Positions 57,052 through 64,000 of a DNA stretch of 64,000 nt are shown one piece after another. The notes below the pieces were generated by a model. That model had not been told where the DNA came from. It saw only the letters and a list, made by a program, of their open reading frames with translations, and searched no databases. Source of the DNA: Thermoanaerobaculia bacterium (GTDB lineage: Bacteria; Acidobacteriota; Thermoanaerobaculia; Multivoradales; Multivoraceae); NCBI GenBank assembly GCA_963666565.1, contig OY762911.1, forward strand, positions 1,088,001 to 1,152,000, given 5' to 3'. How positions within the stretch are numbered: the stretch's first letter is position 1; each line of letters starts with the position of its first letter. Made by a program: the position numbers and the translations under genes.

Positions 57052-57205
57052 CGGAACGTCCTTCCCAGGGACGGAGGGGCTTCGTCGAGTCTTCCGCACT
57101 CTCGGAGATCATGCAAGCGGCCCGGCGACGAGGCGCCGACCAGGGTCGCATCCCCCGGCGATCCCGGCGTACGGAAGCCCCGGTTTCTCCCCTCCGCGCC
57201 CTGCG

Positions 57206-57234
57206 TTGACCGACCCCGGTAGCCGTGTTACGTT
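57206..57234 (+). promoter_or_regulatory. Putative sigma70 promoter of the atp operon
   Basis: TTGACC-N17-TACGTT with an extended TG. Confidence 0.5.
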
Positions 57235-57317
57235 ACCGCCGCTTTCGGGACCGGGAGAGAGGTTGACAAGGCCTTGACGGATGAACGTGCGCCCGGACGA
57301 CCGCGGGACGAGTAGCT

Positions 57318-57740
57318 GTGGACTTCGACGGAAGCCTCCTGGTCATCATGGCCATCTTCTGGGCCACGTACTTCGTGGTCCGGTTCTACTTGGTGCGGCC
57401 GATCATGCGGATGCTCCAGGAGCGCGACAGCGAGGTCGAAACCGCGCAGGAGACCTTCGACCGGGCCCAGGCCGAGGTCGAGGCGAGAGTCGAGGCGCAG
57501 CGCGAGAAGCTGAAGGAAGCGCGCGCCGAGGCCGCCGCGCACCGCGACCGGATGCGCAAGGAGGCCCAGCAGGCCCGCGAGACCCTCGTCGCCGAAGCCC
57601 GCCAGGAGGCGGACGCCGAACTCAGGCAGGCGATCGCCGCGCTCGACGCCGAGACCGCGGAACAGCGCCGTTCGCTCGAAGCCCGCGCCGAGCGGCTCGC
57701 GGCCGAGATGACTGCCAAGCTGATGGGCGCCCCGTCATGA
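57318..57740 (+). CDS. ATP synthase F0 subunit b'
   Basis: N-terminal TM, RPI..ML.ER, coiled coil; first gene of the atp operon. Confidence 0.85.
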   Translation: MDFDGSLLVIMAIFWATYFVVRFYLVRPIMRMLQERDSEVETAQETFDRAQAEVEARVEAQREKLKEARAEAAAHRDRMRKEAQQARETLVAEARQEADAELRQAIAALDAETAEQRRSLEARAERLAAEMTAKLMGAPS

Positions 57741-58438
57741 GGCGTGGCGCTTCCCGGGGCCGGCTCTCCTGGCTGTCGCGACGGACCGTCGACGGCACGC
57801 CTCTTCCGGGGCGCCGCTTCGCCAGGCGTTCGGTCGCGCTCGGGACCGCCTCGCTGGCGCTCTTCTGGACGCTGTTCGCCGGCGCCGCCGCCGCGTTCGG
57901 CGCGGAAGTCGGCGAGTCGACGACCTTCCTCGGCCTGCCGCGCTGGGTCTTCTCCTGGTTCAACATGCTCGTCTTCTTCGGCGGTCTCGGCTACCTGGTC
58001 GGGCCGATGGCGATGAGTGCGCTCGAGAATCGCCGGGTCCGGATCCTGGACAGCCTGATGACCGCGCGGCGCCAGCGCGCGGACGCGGAAGAGCTGCACG
58101 CCGGCCTCGACGATCAGCTTGCCGCCTTGGAGGCGGAGGTCACGCAGGCGGCCGAGCGCGCCCGCCAGGAGGGCGAACGGGACGCGCGGGAAATCGCGGC
58201 CCTCGCCGAGCGGGAGCGCGAGCGGATGCTGGATCAGGCCCGCGCCGAGATCCGGAACCGCACCGCCCGCGCCCGGGTCGAACTGGCGCAGCACGCGGCC
58301 CGGCTCGCCACCTCGCTCGCCGCCGAGCGGCTGGAGCGTGAAGTCGATTCCGCCGCCCGCCGCCGGATCCTCGACCGCGGGCTGGTCAGCCTGGAGAGCC
58401 GGGCCGACGACGCCTCGGCCGGAGCCGACGCGCGATGA
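57737..58438 (+). CDS. atpF: ATP synthase F0 subunit b (long N-terminus)
   Basis: WFNMLVFFGGLGYL TM followed by a coiled coil; ATGA overlaps on both sides. Confidence 0.85.
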   Translation: MRRGASRGRLSWLSRRTVDGTPLPGRRFARRSVALGTASLALFWTLFAGAAAAFGAEVGESTTFLGLPRWVFSWFNMLVFFGGLGYLVGPMAMSALENRRVRILDSLMTARRQRADAEELHAGLDDQLAALEAEVTQAAERARQEGERDAREIAALAERERERMLDQARAEIRNRTARARVELAQHAARLATSLAAERLEREVDSAARRRILDRGLVSLESRADDASAGADAR

Positions 58439-58995
58439 TCTACCGCTACGCCAGACCCTACGCCCAGGCCCTGATGGGCGCGGCCGGCTCGCTCGAGGCG
58501 GCGCAGGCGACGCGCGATGAACTCACCGCCTTCGCGGAGGCCATGCGGGCCGTCCCGCGGCTGAGCCGCATGGCCTCGAATCCCGGCGTGCCGCCGGCGA
58601 CGAAGCGCGCCGTCGTCGACGAGATCGCCGGCATGCAGGGCGCGGGCGAGTTGGCCCAGCGGATGCTCCGGCTCCTGCTCGACAACTACCGGCTGGTCCA
58701 CCTGCCGGCGATCCTGGAGGCGATCGACGAACTGCTCGACCGGGCCCACGGCGTCGTCAGCGCCACGGTGACCGCCGCCGAGGAGCTCGACGAGCAGCAG
58801 CGCGCGCGGTTGGAGAAGGCGCTCGAGCAACTGTCCGGCGCCGAGGTCCGGCTGGAAAGCCGGGTCGACCCGAGCCTGATCGGCGGCTTCGTGGCCCAGT
58901 TCGGGAGTACCCGCTACGACGCGAGCGTTCGCGGCCAGTTGGCCGTACTGGAATCCAGATTGACCGCCCAGTCGGCGACGGCGGCGGAAGCCTAG
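58435..58995 (+). CDS. atpH: ATP synthase F1 delta
   Basis: [18 protein letters not shown]...YDASVRGQL. Confidence 0.93.
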   Translation: MIYRYARPYAQALMGAAGSLEAAQATRDELTAFAEAMRAVPRLSRMASNPGVPPATKRAVVDEIAGMQGAGELAQRMLRLLLDNYRLVHLPAILEAIDELLDRAHGVVSATVTAAEELDEQQRARLEKALEQLSGAEVRLESRVDPSLIGGFVAQFGSTRYDASVRGQLAVLESRLTAQSATAAEA

Positions 58996-59059
58996 GCACT
59001 TCACGATTTCGAGACGCTCCGGAGGCACCGGGGCGCCACCTTGGGGGAGTAGAACGAAC

Positions 59060-60598
<1,539 letters not shown>

Positions 60599-60636
60599 AA
60601 CGAGACGAGCGGAAGGTTCCGAGGTAGGCCCGAACG

Positions 60637-61554
60637 ATGGCGAGCCTGATCGATCTTCGCCGGCGCATCCGGTCGGTGAAGAACACGCAGCAGATCACCA
60701 AGGCGATGAAGATGGTCGCCGCGGCGAAGCTGCGCCGGGCACAGGACCAGATCCTCGCCACGCGGCCCTACGCCCTGGAACTGCGGAAGGTGACGGAGCA
60801 CCTGGCCGCCGTGGCGGCCGGCGAAGTGGAGCACCCGCTGCTGACTCCGGCGGCCGGCGGCGCCGAAGGGGAGGCCGGGCAGGCCGCGGCGGCCGGCTCC
60901 GGCAAGACCCTGGTCCTGGTGGTCACGGGCGACAAGGGCCTCTGCGGCGCCTTCAACGCCCACGTCCAGCGCCGGACCGAGCAGGAGATGGCGCAGCTCG
61001 ACGGCGGCGGCGAGATCCTCGCGCTCGGCAACCGCGGCGCGGACTTCTTCACCCACCGCGGCGCGCCGATGCGCGGCGCCCGCCGGGGCCTGTTCAAGGA
61101 CCTGAGCTACGCGACGGCCCAGGATCTGGCGGCCGAGATCTCCGGGGCGTACGCGGACGGCGAGTACGACGCGGTGTACGCCGTCTACAACGAGTTCATC
61201 TCGGTGCTCAGCCAGCGGGTGAACTGGGAGCGCCTGCTGCCGATCGCCCGCGAAGACGTGCTGGGCGACGAGAGTGCGTCGGCGAACGGCCACCGCCCGT
61301 ACCTGTACGAGCCGTCCGAGGCCGAGATCCTGAACGAGCTGCTGCCGCGCTTCGTCACCTTCCAGATCTACCGGGTGCTGCTCGAGTCGCAGGCGGCCGA
61401 GCACGCGGCCCGGATGACGGCGATGGACAGCGCGACGAAGAACGCCGGCGAACTGATCGACGCACTGACCCTGCAATACAACCGCTCGCGCCAGGCCGAG
61501 ATCACGACCGAACTGATCGAGGTCGTGTCCGGCGCGAACGCCCTCGAGGGATAG
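60637..61554 (+). CDS. atpG: ATP synthase F1 gamma
   Basis: ITKAMKMVAAAK, DKGLCGAFN, ARMTAMDSATKNA, RQAEITTEL. Confidence 0.97.
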   Translation: MASLIDLRRRIRSVKNTQQITKAMKMVAAAKLRRAQDQILATRPYALELRKVTEHLAAVAAGEVEHPLLTPAAGGAEGEAGQAAAAGSGKTLVLVVTGDKGLCGAFNAHVQRRTEQEMAQLDGGGEILALGNRGADFFTHRGAPMRGARRGLFKDLSYATAQDLAAEISGAYADGEYDAVYAVYNEFISVLSQRVNWERLLPIAREDVLGDESASANGHRPYLYEPSEAEILNELLPRFVTFQIYRVLLESQAAEHAARMTAMDSATKNAGELIDALTLQYNRSRQAEITTELIEVVSGANALEG

Positions 61555-61618
61555 AGAAGAGAGACGCACACATCCCCGGGGCGCGGGCATCGCCGCCCGC
61601 ATCCGGGGCCAGCCCTGA

Positions 61619-63145
<1,527 letters not shown>

Positions 63146-63197
63146 CGCCGCGGACGCGGAACCGACGGAGCAACGAGAGCACGGAGACCGAACGAAC

Positions 63198-63602
63198 GTG
63201 GCCGGCCTGAATCTCATCCTGGTGACCCATGCCCGGAAGCTGCTCGAAGTCGAGTGCAGCGACGTCGGCCTGCCCGGCCGGCAGGGCGACATGGGCATCC
63301 TGCCGGGCCACGCGGCGCTGATCGGCACGCTGCGGCCCGGCGAACTCAGCTACCGGCCGGCCGACGGCGGAGCGCGCCGCTTCGTCGCCGTGGCGCCGGG
63401 CTTCTGCGAAGTCGCGGACGACACGGTGACCGTGCTGACCGAGACCGCGGAGCCGGCGGAGGACATCGACGCGGCGGCGGCCACGACCGAGCGCGACGAA
63501 CTGGCCGCGGAGTACGCCCGCGCGAGCTTCGAGGACCAGGCGGGACTGAAGGACCGCGTGGAGACGGCGCAGGCGCGGGTCGACGTAGCGGCGCGGGCGT
63601 AG
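63198..63602 (+). CDS. atpC: ATP synthase F1 epsilon
   Basis: G.MGILPGHA.LI..L.PG, GFCEV; last gene of the operon. Confidence 0.92.
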   Translation: MAGLNLILVTHARKLLEVECSDVGLPGRQGDMGILPGHAALIGTLRPGELSYRPADGGARRFVAVAPGFCEVADDTVTVLTETAEPAEDIDAAAATTERDELAAEYARASFEDQAGLKDRVETAQARVDVAARA

Positions 63603-63610
63603 CGCGGCGG

Positions 63611-63901
63611 CAAAGGTCGCCGGCCTCTGGCCGGCGGCGGCGTCTTTTCGGGCTGCGCCGCTCCGCGGCTTCGCCCGGGAGCGGGTCGGAAGACCCGCGC
63701 ACCCACGGCGCCACTGGGTGCAAAGGTCGCCGGCCTCTGGCCGGCGGCGGCGTTTCTTCGGGCTGCGCCGCTCCGCGGCTTCGCCCGGGAGCGGGTCAGA
63801 AGACCCGCGCACCCACGGCGCCACTGGGTGCGCCGTTCTCGGCACGGCGCCCGCACACTGGGTGCGCGGGTCTTCCGACCCGCATGCCGCCGCAGGCGGC
63901 C
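63611..63901. repeat. Repeat cluster after atpC: two 110-bp tandem partial elements plus an oppositely oriented core
   Basis: 63611-63720 and 63721-63830 are 107/110 identical; a further core starts at 63858. Confidence 0.95.
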
Positions 63902-64000
63902 AGCAAACCGCGCCGCGCAGCGGCGACCGTACTCCCTCCCCGCTGCTACACTTCCGTCCGAGCGAGTCGCGGCGCGGGGAGTCGGCCAGCGCGGAGCCCG

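Overview
A 64-kb window from a very GC-rich diderm bacterium. Acidobacteriota is inferred from the Oar-type TonB receptor, the acidobacterial VWA/TPR/ASPIC-UnbV cluster and the atp operon lacking atpB/atpE. The left ~49 kb is catabolic and accessory: a Liv-type ABC transporter with an acyl-CoA ligase, an amidohydrolase, a gamma-glutamylation/P450/meta-cleavage cluster, sulfatases, a LacI-controlled beta-glucoside locus, a VapBC-type toxin-antitoxin pair, TauD, a frameshifted hmgA and several gene remnants. A tRNA-Glu follows, then core genes (amidase, GerMN, murI, rph, mpl, a formiminotransferase, atpF'FHAGDC). The main unexplained signal is a dispersed REP/REPIN-like palindromic element with core GGGTGCGCGGGTC-TTCY-GACCCGC; the full form is 142 bp with 26-bp terminal inverted repeats. 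It occurs at ~16 loci, ~10 of them in-frame inside protein-coding genes. All six reading frames are used, and six copies sit in N-terminal export-signal regions; others lie in murI, an MFS loop, a dioxygenase and a tandem octapeptide array. The second highlight is an unannotated selenoprotein: an exported UxxC redoxin fused to a DsbD-N domain, with an in-frame TGA and a SECIS-like hairpin. All product calls rest on motif recognition; no database searches were run.
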